32,000 nucleotides of DNA from Candidatus Heimdallarchaeota archaeon. Lineage in GTDB: Archaea > Asgardarchaeota > Heimdallarchaeia > Heimdallarchaeales > Kariarchaeaceae. Location of the stretch: assembly GCA_030149205.1 (NCBI GenBank), contig JASBSB010000007.1, positions 30,001 through 62,000 of the forward strand, read 5' to 3'. The position numbers and the translations under genes are program-made. Every line of letters begins with the position of its first letter. Position 1 is the stretch's first letter. The notes beneath the pieces were generated by a model. The model worked only from the letters and a program-made list of their open reading frames with translations. It had not been told where the DNA came from and ran no database searches. Shown here piece after piece: positions 1 through 8,169 of this stretch.

Positions 1-246
1 AGAGGAGCTGGAGATTGTGTGACGGTGTGCCCTAAGGATTGCTTTGTGTATCTTGATGAGAAGAAGAAGGTGAGTATTCCCCGTCCAGAGTCCTGTGTGC
101 AATGTGGAGCTTGTGTGGTGCAGTGTCCTTTTGATGCACTATATCTTGAAAACCTAAATGGTGATCGAATGGAACCAGATACCTTACGAGAGTTCAAGTT
201 AAATCTCATGGGCAAAAGAGCAGTTAAAATTAAAGAGATTGTTTAA
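1..246 (+). CDS. 4Fe-4S dicluster ferredoxin-like protein, 5'-truncated at the window edge
   Basis: Frame 1 is open from base 1 (RGAGDCVTVCP...), giving the end of a first CxxxxCxxxCP motif, plus a second CVQCGACVVQCP motif. The ORF-track start at 19 is internal. Confidence 0.85.
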   Translation, partial: RGAGDCVTVCPKDCFVYLDEKKKVSIPRPESCVQCGACVVQCPFDALYLENLNGDRMEPDTLREFKLNLMGKRAVKIKEIV

Positions 247-305
247 TTATATTAATGAGCTTTTAAGAAATATTAGGAATCCTAACCAGAGTGTTTGGAA
301 TGAGA

Positions 306-977
306 TTATGATGTGGCTTTTGGGCGAAACATTTTTTCTTTTATACCACTCATCATCATCATCATTTTACTAAACATAGATTTTTTCCTGTAATCTTTGA
401 TTGTGACCTCTATTGCATTTGCCACATTTTTCTCTGCCTCAAACATTGCGATTCTGAGTGGACAGTTCTTTCCAAGGGGACAGGTATGACTTGACTTGTG
501 TTCTATCATCCATGGATACACCGCTTTTTTCAAGAGTCTCTCCTCAAACATCTCTCTCTCATCTGAGGTGACATCTGCCCAGTCTGTGCTCTTGTAATCC
601 TCATCCAGAACCATTTTTATAGAATCTACCAACATGTTAACATCGACCTTGTCTTTTTCGGTGTCGAATTTTTCATAGGGAAATCCGAGGGTGATGAAAT
701 ACATGTTGTGAGCAACATAATAGAAGACAAGATTTGTATCCCCAATTTTTATGGTTATCACACCCCCTTCTCCAACGTCTTTTATTATTAATTCAGTTCC
801 CTCATAATCGATTTTTCCACCCAGACCTCCTGCCTGAATTGCAGAGGTGAGTGCTGATAGAAAAGCACTAAAAATGACATCATCCTTCATTAGTGTCGAG
901 CAGAAATGTCCAAAACATCTGCTGTAAATAGGGATCCCATCAGTTTTAAAAACAATAATGTACTCCAAGTTTAGCAT
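306..977 (-). CDS. Longin-like domain protein with a Cys-containing C-terminal extension
   Basis: N-terminal beta-hairpin IIVFKTDGIPIYSR followed by helix DDVIFSAFLSAL is the pattern of longin-fold proteins that are expanded in Asgard archaea. Recognised by eye only. Confidence 0.55.
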   Translation of the reverse strand: MLNLEYIIVFKTDGIPIYSRCFGHFCSTLMKDDVIFSAFLSALTSAIQAGGLGGKIDYEGTELIIKDVGEGGVITIKIGDTNLVFYYVAHNMYFITLGFPYEKFDTEKDKVDVNMLVDSIKMVLDEDYKSTDWADVTSDEREMFEERLLKKAVYPWMIEHKSSHTCPLGKNCPLRIAMFEAEKNVANAIEVTIKDYRKKSMFSKMMMMMSGIKEKMFRPKATS

Positions 978-1265
978 GAAATAAAATGTACGTGTACCCT
1001 AATTAATGTATTGTAGTATTTAAAGAACAAACAAAAGAAGATATTTAATTAATTATATTGTGAATGTATGATTGATTTCATTAATCAATTGTCATTTTTC
1101 GGGAACGATTTTTGTTTAAGAGAATACCGGGGTTGAATAATAACCTTTCTGGTGGTTTAACAGAATCATCAAGTAATTGTATGCTGAGATATTCCACTCA
1201 AAATTTTCAGCGAAAGAGTACATTTTGTGGTATTAACTTAAATTCTCTAAAAAATAATCTAGCTC

Positions 1266-3992
1266 ATGAGTGAAATCTTAGCTTCTCTGGGTTTAGGTTC
1301 AGATGAACAAAAAATCTACAAAACGCTTTTGGTAAGTGGTCAGCTAACAGCTGGAGAGATAAGAGCAATAACCAAACTTACATCTTCAATGGTTGATTCT
1401 ACGCTTGGAAAACTGGTGGAACAGGGTCTCGTAAGAAGTGTCCCCGGAATGTCTGAGCGTTATGCAGCATTGCTTCCTGTAAAAAAGGTAAAAGAGGGGT
1501 TAGATCAATCTATTATGGAACTATCCACAGTTACTAGAGAGCTAGATGAGAGCTCTAAATCAACATCTTCTGCTCTAGATCAGATCAACCAGGAATCGCT
1601 TCAGAAACTGGATGCTAGCCTTGAATCAAGCCGTGGTGTAATTTCTGAGATGTATGAGAATGCAACAAAAGAGCTCACAGATGAGAAGACTAAGACGGAG
1701 AGCCAAATAACACAGACTTCTGAAAGCAGACAACAGGTTGTCAAGCAATATTTAGGTGAGACTCAGGGTCAGGTTAACTCTCTCATTGACTCCACAGTTG
1801 AAAAGGCAGAAGATCAAACAACCACTGCCAAGGAAGCGGTGAATCGTACAGCCACAGAGCTTGTTGATACCACTATTTTACCTGATCGAGAGTTTGAGGT
1901 CAACACCACACCATTAGACAGCTTTCCAACTACTGTGACAACTGAGATGAATGCCTACAGAACCGATATTGAAGGATCATTAAGCTCACAACAAGACAAA
2001 TCAGCAGAACTCATAAATCAAACCTTTGCCTCTTATGAGGCAGGAATTGCGGATCTGGAGAAATCAATGGATACAACCTCTGCGTCTTTTATTAATGCAT
2101 CAACTGGGTTTGGAAACAGAGTCGGAGAGCAGGTAGCAGAGATTAAATCAAGTATTGTCAGTCAAAAAGAGGCATTATCCTTACAAAAGGGTGCTTCAGA
2201 GGGAGTAATAGATTCTCAAAAAAGTTTCACAGAAGAGATCGGTCAAAAATTTAGTGATTTAATTGATAAAGGGACTCAAGACCTTCAGGCAAATGTCAAT
2301 GCAGAATATTTAAAGTTGAATGAGGAGGTCACTGGGCTTAGGTCTGAGACTCAACAATCTGTCACTTCCACCTCAACTGAACTGAATCAGACTGAGAACA
2401 AACTCTCAGAATTTTTTGTTGGTCAATTACAAAGACAGGAAGCAGAGATAAAGGAGTCCTTGCAGACCCATTTTCAGCAGATTCTTTCACAGCTACAATC
2501 TAAGGTTTCTGATGTCCACACTGCATTCTCAGCGCAAATGACTGAAGAGTTACAGACCTTAAAAGCCTTTAGAGAAGCCACACTTAAAGCAAGCTTGGAA
2601 AGATCCAATGGTAGATTGAATCAGGTGGAAGAACAGTTTAAAGCAGTACAAAACCAACAAATTTCGGATTTGTATGCTGCTAACGAGCAATTGAAGAATG
2701 TTTTAAACACTATGAAGGATCAATTGGGATCAAAGTCAGAGGAATTACTAAGTTCTAACACTGCTGTGTTTGAGAGGGTAAACACACAGCTTAGTAAACA
2801 GGGTGAATCATGGGATGTACTTAAGAGCAATTTTGATTCGAGCCTGAATCAGGTCGTAGAGGAACAAAAGAGGCTAGTTGCAGAAGCGAAGACACAGTTG
2901 GCTGAAGATAAACAGACAATAAGCCAGCTAATTTCATCACTGGGCGAATCACACACATCATTAACAGCAACAAACATCACCCAGGTTAATGAGCTTACAT
3001 CTCGTATTCTTTCTAACATAACAGAAAAAACACAGGGATTGAAATCAGAGGTATTATCGAGTTCTGAAAAGTTTAATCAGGAATACAAAACTGCCATGAA
3101 CTCCTTGTTGCAGAGCTTTCGTGGATCAGTACAAAAAGCAATGGAACAATACTCTAATTTGGTAACATCAATAGGATCAGAATCTAAGCTCACCTTGGAA
3201 ACACAGAAAAGCAAAATGACCGAAATGATGCAAAAGATGAATGAAGACATGGAACAACTCTTTCTGAATTCTCTTGGTGTACAGAATAAGCTTGTTGAAA
3301 ACAGTATCTCGTTCTTGACCCTGCAAAGCAATGAACTGAAAACGTTATCAGTTTCGAATCTGGATCTCATAAAACAGGTGTTGAGTCAGGCAGGGAATGA
3401 GCAGGTTGACAAACTTAAGGGGCAGTTAAACTCATTTCAGCAGGCATTTGATCAGAGTAGCCACCGAATAACTCAGGCATCTACCCAGCTCTCAATGGCG
3501 TTAGAGGGTGTGGGATCCCTTATTCAGATGACTGAGACACCGACTATAAAAACTTCACATTTGATTGGTAAAGAGGCGATAATAGAACACATCAGTGACA
3601 TGATTGGAAGAGTCAAGAGTAAAATGACCATCCTTGTTCCAGACATCAACATGATCAATGAAAATCAGCTTTCTCAGTTGCCTAGCACCAAACAGATTAC
3701 ACTTGTATCATATATTGATGAAGAGACAGACCGTGAATGGATAGATAGAATGCATAATTTAACTGTGAATGTGACATTACGTACCCTTCAAAAGGGAGGT
3801 TTAGGAGGTACAGTTCCAGACTTTGTAGGTGCTGAGAGAGAGGGTGAAGAGATACTGCTAGGAACTATTGATGAAGGAAACAATGATTTTGTGGCTATAA
3901 TCTCAAGCTCAGCCTATTTTGTACAAATTTTGGGTAATATTGTGATTTCTGATTACGCAAGGGGTAGAAGCAAACAACTTCAGAAAAACTGA
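1266..3992 (+). CDS. TrmB-family wHTH + very long coiled coil + TrmB C-terminal (PLD-like effector) domain protein, 908 aa
   Basis: N-terminus LGLGSDEQKIYKTLLVSGQLTAGEI...VDSTLGKLVEQGLVRSVPG is a TrmB wHTH. About 650 aa of Q/E/S/L-rich helical sequence follows. The C-terminus LIGKEAIIEHISDMIGRVKSKMTILVP...AEREGEEILL resembles the TrmB C-terminal domain. Confidence 0.7.
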   Translation: MSEILASLGLGSDEQKIYKTLLVSGQLTAGEIRAITKLTSSMVDSTLGKLVEQGLVRSVPGMSERYAALLPVKKVKEGLDQSIMELSTVTRELDESSKSTSSALDQINQESLQKLDASLESSRGVISEMYENATKELTDEKTKTESQITQTSESRQQVVKQYLGETQGQVNSLIDSTVEKAEDQTTTAKEAVNRTATELVDTTILPDREFEVNTTPLDSFPTTVTTEMNAYRTDIEGSLSSQQDKSAELINQTFASYEAGIADLEKSMDTTSASFINASTGFGNRVGEQVAEIKSSIVSQKEALSLQKGASEGVIDSQKSFTEEIGQKFSDLIDKGTQDLQANVNAEYLKLNEEVTGLRSETQQSVTSTSTELNQTENKLSEFFVGQLQRQEAEIKESLQTHFQQILSQLQSKVSDVHTAFSAQMTEELQTLKAFREATLKASLERSNGRLNQVEEQFKAVQNQQISDLYAANEQLKNVLNTMKDQLGSKSEELLSSNTAVFERVNTQLSKQGESWDVLKSNFDSSLNQVVEEQKRLVAEAKTQLAEDKQTISQLISSLGESHTSLTATNITQVNELTSRILSNITEKTQGLKSEVLSSSEKFNQEYKTAMNSLLQSFRGSVQKAMEQYSNLVTSIGSESKLTLETQKSKMTEMMQKMNEDMEQLFLNSLGVQNKLVENSISFLTLQSNELKTLSVSNLDLIKQVLSQAGNEQVDKLKGQLNSFQQAFDQSSHRITQASTQLSMALEGVGSLIQMTETPTIKTSHLIGKEAIIEHISDMIGRVKSKMTILVPDINMINENQLSQLPSTKQITLVSYIDEETDREWIDRMHNLTVNVTLRTLQKGGLGGTVPDFVGAEREGEEILLGTIDEGNNDFVAIISSSAYFVQILGNIVISDYARGRSKQLQKN

Positions 3993-4026
3993 TCCATCAA
4001 TCTTATTAGTAATAGTAAAAAACAGA

Positions 4027-4098
4027 TTTACATCCCAATTCAATTTTACATTCCAATTCAATTTTAGATTTCAATTCAAATTTAGCTTTCAACATTAT
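4027..4098. repeat. Degenerate 18-bp tandem repeat, 3-4 copies
   Basis: Units tttacatcccaattcaat / tttacattccaattcaat / tttagatttcaattcaaa / tttagctttcaacattat at 4027, 4045, 4063 and 4081. Confidence 0.75.
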
Positions 4099-4107
4099 AA
4101 GAATGAA

Positions 4108-4581
4108 TTAACCGCTGTTTTCTACAATGTTGACCATATTCTTTTTGGAATGCCACTTATTAAGCAAGTCAATTAGACCAATCTCAATAAATTCAAGGAG
4201 TTCATCCAGCTCCTCTAATCTCGTTAATCTGAATTGTTTTCTATCCAAAGATTTCAGTCCATTTTCTACTAAATTCTTGTATTCTTTTGTTACCTGAATA
4301 TTTCTGGTGAGAATGCTTTCTGCTTGATTATACTTTATCAGATATACGTCTTTTCTCTTACCAGGTATACTTTTCCTTTCTATCATGTCAAGCTTTGTCA
4401 ACAGTGACGTTGCAGAGCTTACCGAACTTTTGCTTACCTTTAGACCCTTAACAATTTCATCCATTGTCTGTTCGGGAGGGTCACTTATTAGTAACCATCC
4501 AATAATCCTGCCAGTCATTCGTGTGAGACCCTGACTTTCATAAAAAAGACCCATCTCTTCGCTGAAAGTTTTTGCATTCAT
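4108..4581 (-). CDS. GbsR/MarR-family transcriptional regulator
   Basis: MGLFYESQGLTRMTGRIIGWLLISDPPEQTMDEIVKGLKVSKSSVS is the GbsR-type wHTH signature. The gene is divergent from an ABC exporter. Confidence 0.85.
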   Translation of the reverse strand: MNAKTFSEEMGLFYESQGLTRMTGRIIGWLLISDPPEQTMDEIVKGLKVSKSSVSSATSLLTKLDMIERKSIPGKRKDVYLIKYNQAESILTRNIQVTKEYKNLVENGLKSLDRKQFRLTRLEELDELLEFIEIGLIDLLNKWHSKKNMVNIVENSG

Positions 4582-4730
4582 TCACTTTATGATTCAGTCA
4601 TATTTCTTAATCTTATTTGTTTGTCTAAATACTATTGAGGTAGATTGAGAATAAAATTCTGTTTGTTCAGTAATTACTGAATTCACAAAACAGTTTTTAT
4701 AATTCTAATTGTATATTCCATTGTGGTCAA

Positions 4731-5618
4731 ATGAGTGATAATACAGTTATTAATATGAACGGGGTTACCAAGACATTTGGGTCAGTAGTTGCATTGGATA
4801 ACGTGTCTATGCAGATCAAAAGAGGCGAGATATTCGGATTTTTAGGGCAGAATGGAGCAGGAAAGACTACTGCAATGAGATGTGTGTTGAATATTCTAAT
4901 TCCTGACAATGGAAACATAACAATAGATGAAACACCAGTAGACCGGGATCACACATCAATCAGAGACAAGGTAGGTTATCTTCCGGGTGAGTTATTTATT
5001 CCAGGGCATTACAGAGTCAGAGAATTCATTGATTATATTGCCTCATTAAAAAAAGTTCCTTCCACGAGAAAAGAGGAGATAATTAAGTTATTTGATGTTG
5101 AAGATGCAAAGAAAGTTTCAGAGCTAAGCAAAGGAAACAAACAGAAAATTGGAATTGTTCTTGCTTTTATGGCAGACCCAGAGATTCTAATACTTGACGA
5201 ACCTAGCTCTGGACTTGATCCGATCTATCAGCAGAAATTATATGATTTGATTTTTAAGGAGAAAAAGAGGGGAAAGACCATATTTTTCAGTTCTCATAAT
5301 TTGGATGAGGTGCAAAGAATCTGTGACAGGGTCACTATCATTAGAAAGGGTAAAATCATAACTACTGAGAGTGTTGAAGGTTTATCTGGAAAGATCCCAA
5401 GAACCCTTATTGCAAAAGTCAATCAGTTCAATGAGGAACAGCTAAAATCATTACCAAATATTTCTGAACTTGATAAAGAAAACAAACAGATCAAGTTAAA
5501 AATATCGAAGTCTGAGAATTTGCAAACTATATTGAAACAATTAATTGAATTTGATGTGGAGGACATCTCATATCCCCCTGTATCTCTGGAAGAATACTTC
5601 CTTTCAGAGTATAATTAA
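4731..5618 (+). CDS. ABC transporter ATP-binding subunit (exporter type)
   Basis: Walker A GQNGAGKT, signature LSKGNKQK, Walker B ILILDEP, H-loop SSH. Confidence 0.95.
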   Translation: MSDNTVINMNGVTKTFGSVVALDNVSMQIKRGEIFGFLGQNGAGKTTAMRCVLNILIPDNGNITIDETPVDRDHTSIRDKVGYLPGELFIPGHYRVREFIDYIASLKKVPSTRKEEIIKLFDVEDAKKVSELSKGNKQKIGIVLAFMADPEILILDEPSSGLDPIYQQKLYDLIFKEKKRGKTIFFSSHNLDEVQRICDRVTIIRKGKIITTESVEGLSGKIPRTLIAKVNQFNEEQLKSLPNISELDKENKQIKLKISKSENLQTILKQLIEFDVEDISYPPVSLEEYFLSEYN

Positions 5619-5628
5619 GGTGAGAGAG

Positions 5629-7323
5629 ATGAATAAAACGCTACAAAGGTTTTATCTACATGGAAAACGATTTAGATTGGAATTGGGGCTTTCAATCCTT
5701 CTGAATACATTGTTCATGAGTTTAATCATTGGATTTTATCCGGGTGAGAAAGGTTTGGATCCCTTTGTTAAGCTATTACAGTCAACATTTCTCAAGGAGG
5801 TCATTAATCAAGCTGAGTTAAAGGCCAGTGCTCTTCTGTTTTGGACGGGATTGAGCTATGACATCTACTTCTACCTTTTGACTGCAATATTTGCAATTTT
5901 TATTGGTTCAAAAGTTATTCCTACAGGAGATCAGGCAGGTTCTGAGTATATTTTAGGAGCTAACTCCATCTCAATGCGAAGGTATTATCTTGAGAGTTCC
6001 CTCGTTGGTTTGGTTAATTTTCTAATAGGTGCCTTATTTGGTGCAGGGATTGTTTTAACTTTCCTTGTGTCAAATAATGTCTCAGCTGATCTATATGGTA
6101 GATTCTTGATACTCAATCTAATATTTTTAATTATAGCTTCCTTTTACTTTTCTTTAGCTCTGGTTTCATCAGTCTTTTCATTTTCAAAAAGCACAGGTGT
6201 GTTGGTTGGGTTTATCTATCTGATCTTTTCTTTTACCTGGCAATCTGTTGCTCCAGCTAGTCAACAATTTTCGGGATTGAAAGATCTTTCTCTGAAAGTT
6301 TATCTAACCTTCCCTGAACTACTTATCCGGGGAAATTTTGATGTAAGCAAACTACTGATTTCCACCTCCTTGGTTTTAGCTATATTCACTCTTGGTCTGT
6401 ATAAGATTCATTCGATTGAAATTAAGGAAGGTAGTTCCCCAATAACAAAGTTTAGGAAATTTTTATCAGCTAAATTTAGATTTTTGAATCTTCCTAGCAT
6501 TAATTTTGGGTATCCCAATTTTATTAAAAAGCGATTTCCATTGGCACAGGATCAATTTAATGCTGATTGGAAGTTTTTATCTATTTGGACATCCATTGTT
6601 CTTTTAACAAATTTGTCAAAGTTGGTTTCTTATCCAGGAGAGGCTGGTTTGAAGGACGCAATGGGTATATTCCTCAACAATCCAGCCTTAGGTGCACTGC
6701 TTAAAGGGAATGTCATAACCTATAATTACACAGGGTATGTTGAATTACAGATTTTTGCCTTGGTTTCAATCTTTTATGGGATCCCAGTCGCAATTATAAG
6801 TGCGAACATCCCCTCAAGAGATGCTCTGGGCGGATATGCAGACAGTATCTGGGCTAACAATGTCTCAGTTTACAAAGTCATGTCCACACGTGTCACGGTT
6901 ATGGTCATAGAGGTTAGCTTGATGTTACTAGCATCATTGGGGATAGCAGAATTTCTTCCCACTTTAACTGGATATCAATTAGATCTTAATATTCCAGAGT
7001 TATTGATTATTACAATCATTCTTTTTGTTGGCTTAGGGCTGTTAATTTCAGGTATTTCAATGATACCTCATATCAGATCAGGAAAGACCTGGGGTATTGC
7101 ATTTTATGTGCTCAGCTTATTAATTGATCTTATTGCAAATTCTAAGAGTGAGTGGAAGAATTTTCAGTACTTTTCTGTGCTGGGGTATTATGACCCAATT
7201 GGAGTGGCAAATGGAGCCGTGAGCTTTGGTTCTGCCCTTCTTTCTGTATCAGTTATTGCTCTTATCGGTTTGATAATTTTTATTGTTTCATTGATTAGAT
7301 TTAGCAAAAGAGATTTGGTTTAA
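5629..7323 (+). CDS. ABC-2-type permease with two repeated multi-TM halves
   Basis: Many hydrophobic segments in two similar halves. The start is placed at ATG 5629 (MNKTLQ) after an AAGGTGAG RBS; the ORF-track start at 5545 overlaps the ATPase gene. Confidence 0.75.
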   Translation: MNKTLQRFYLHGKRFRLELGLSILLNTLFMSLIIGFYPGEKGLDPFVKLLQSTFLKEVINQAELKASALLFWTGLSYDIYFYLLTAIFAIFIGSKVIPTGDQAGSEYILGANSISMRRYYLESSLVGLVNFLIGALFGAGIVLTFLVSNNVSADLYGRFLILNLIFLIIASFYFSLALVSSVFSFSKSTGVLVGFIYLIFSFTWQSVAPASQQFSGLKDLSLKVYLTFPELLIRGNFDVSKLLISTSLVLAIFTLGLYKIHSIEIKEGSSPITKFRKFLSAKFRFLNLPSINFGYPNFIKKRFPLAQDQFNADWKFLSIWTSIVLLTNLSKLVSYPGEAGLKDAMGIFLNNPALGALLKGNVITYNYTGYVELQIFALVSIFYGIPVAIISANIPSRDALGGYADSIWANNVSVYKVMSTRVTVMVIEVSLMLLASLGIAEFLPTLTGYQLDLNIPELLIITIILFVGLGLLISGISMIPHIRSGKTWGIAFYVLSLLIDLIANSKSEWKNFQYFSVLGYYDPIGVANGAVSFGSALLSVSVIALIGLIIFIVSLIRFSKRDLV

Positions 7324-7367
7324 ATCTCTAGGGAAAATAAAATAAATTACAAATTTCTGGTTCATTT

Positions 7368-7449
7368 GAACCAATAGTGTAGAGGTAACATGGTGCGTTC
7401 GGGTTTTTGAAAAACGCACTGATCGGGGGTTCGAATCCCCCTTGGTTCA
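7368..7449 (+). tRNA. trnP-CGG: tRNA-Pro(CGG) with a 10-nt intron at 37/38
   Basis: Acceptor GAACCAA/TTGGTTC, D-arm GTGT-AGAGGTA-ACAT, anticodon stem GTGCG/CGCAC, loop TT-CGG-G|intron|A, T-arm GGGGG-TTCGAAT-CCCCC, discriminator A. CCA is not encoded. Confidence 0.9.
7404..7413 (+). other. tRNA intron TTTTTGAAAA at position 37/38
   Basis: Removing it restores a 7-nt anticodon loop. Positions 32-35 (TTCG) pair with intron TGAA, and a 3-nt AA|A bulge marks the 3' splice site. Confidence 0.8.
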
Positions 7450-8127
7450 TTCATCATATTTTTCGATCAGTTTTTCAAATGCCTTATCGATGAGTTTTTC
7501 CTCTTCCAAATCCTGTTCTTCAAATAAGAACTCTTGTTCTTCTGATTCTTTAGGATCGAGCCATATTTTCTCCTCTGCTTTCTTAATCTCCTTTCCTTTG
7601 TCAGTCAACATAGCATAGACATGTCCATGTTTAGCCCCATTAATCAGCATTATGATTGCTTCTTTAGCTAGGAGCAAGTTTTCATATTTACCGATAATTG
7701 AGACTGTGGAACCCATAATTACAATTGATGTTTTGGTTGCCGTCTCAATAAATCTTCTTGCTTTTCCATTTGTACCAATAAGTCTGGATTTGTACCGTTG
7801 CAATTTTTTGGGAGAAGCCTGAGCCATCTCTTTTAAGCTAATAACCTCTAGATGGTAATTATCATTATAAAGGAACATAGCCTTTTGTGGGGTGTACCCT
7901 CTGCTAATTGCCTTGATAACATATTGAGCCTTTAAAAAGAGGAGAGGGTCATAATTTTCGGATAATGGGATCAATTGAACCTCACCTGTTTCAGAATCAA
8001 TGTCCAGTTTAATTTGTCCTTTCTTTTCTAACTCCTTTTTTACTTTACCTTTTGGGCCGATGATTACACCTATTCGTGATTTAGGGATGAGTATCGAAAA
8101 CATTGAATCTGATTTTCGGTCGTTCAA
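7447..8127 (-). CDS. dim2: KH-domain rRNA processing protein Dim2/Pno1
   Basis: IPKSRIGVIIGPKGKVKKELE and KSRLIGTNGKARRFIE are two GxxG KH motifs. The C-terminal MLINGAKHGHVY matches the family. Confidence 0.92.
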   Translation of the reverse strand: MNDRKSDSMFSILIPKSRIGVIIGPKGKVKKELEKKGQIKLDIDSETGEVQLIPLSENYDPLLFLKAQYVIKAISRGYTPQKAMFLYNDNYHLEVISLKEMAQASPKKLQRYKSRLIGTNGKARRFIETATKTSIVIMGSTVSIIGKYENLLLAKEAIIMLINGAKHGHVYAMLTDKGKEIKKAEEKIWLDPKESEEQEFLFEEQDLEEEKLIDKAFEKLIEKYDE

Positions 8128-8169
8128 TAATTATTATTCTTCTTGATTCTTTTTAATTTATCTAAAGAA

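Noticed and set aside
1266-3992. SMC/Rad50 or MCP annotation for the long coiled-coil protein
   Set aside because: There is no Walker A/B, signature motif, hinge domain or TM segment, and both termini look TrmB-like.
4027-4098. CRISPR array (the minus strand contains ATTGAA motifs like CRISPR repeat ends)
   Set aside because: The units are contiguous 18-mers with no unique spacers, and no cas genes are in the window.
7358-7451. Integration (att) site of a mobile element at tRNA-Pro
   Set aside because: The repeat is only 9 bp and merely brackets the tRNA; no integrase or foreign cargo is present.
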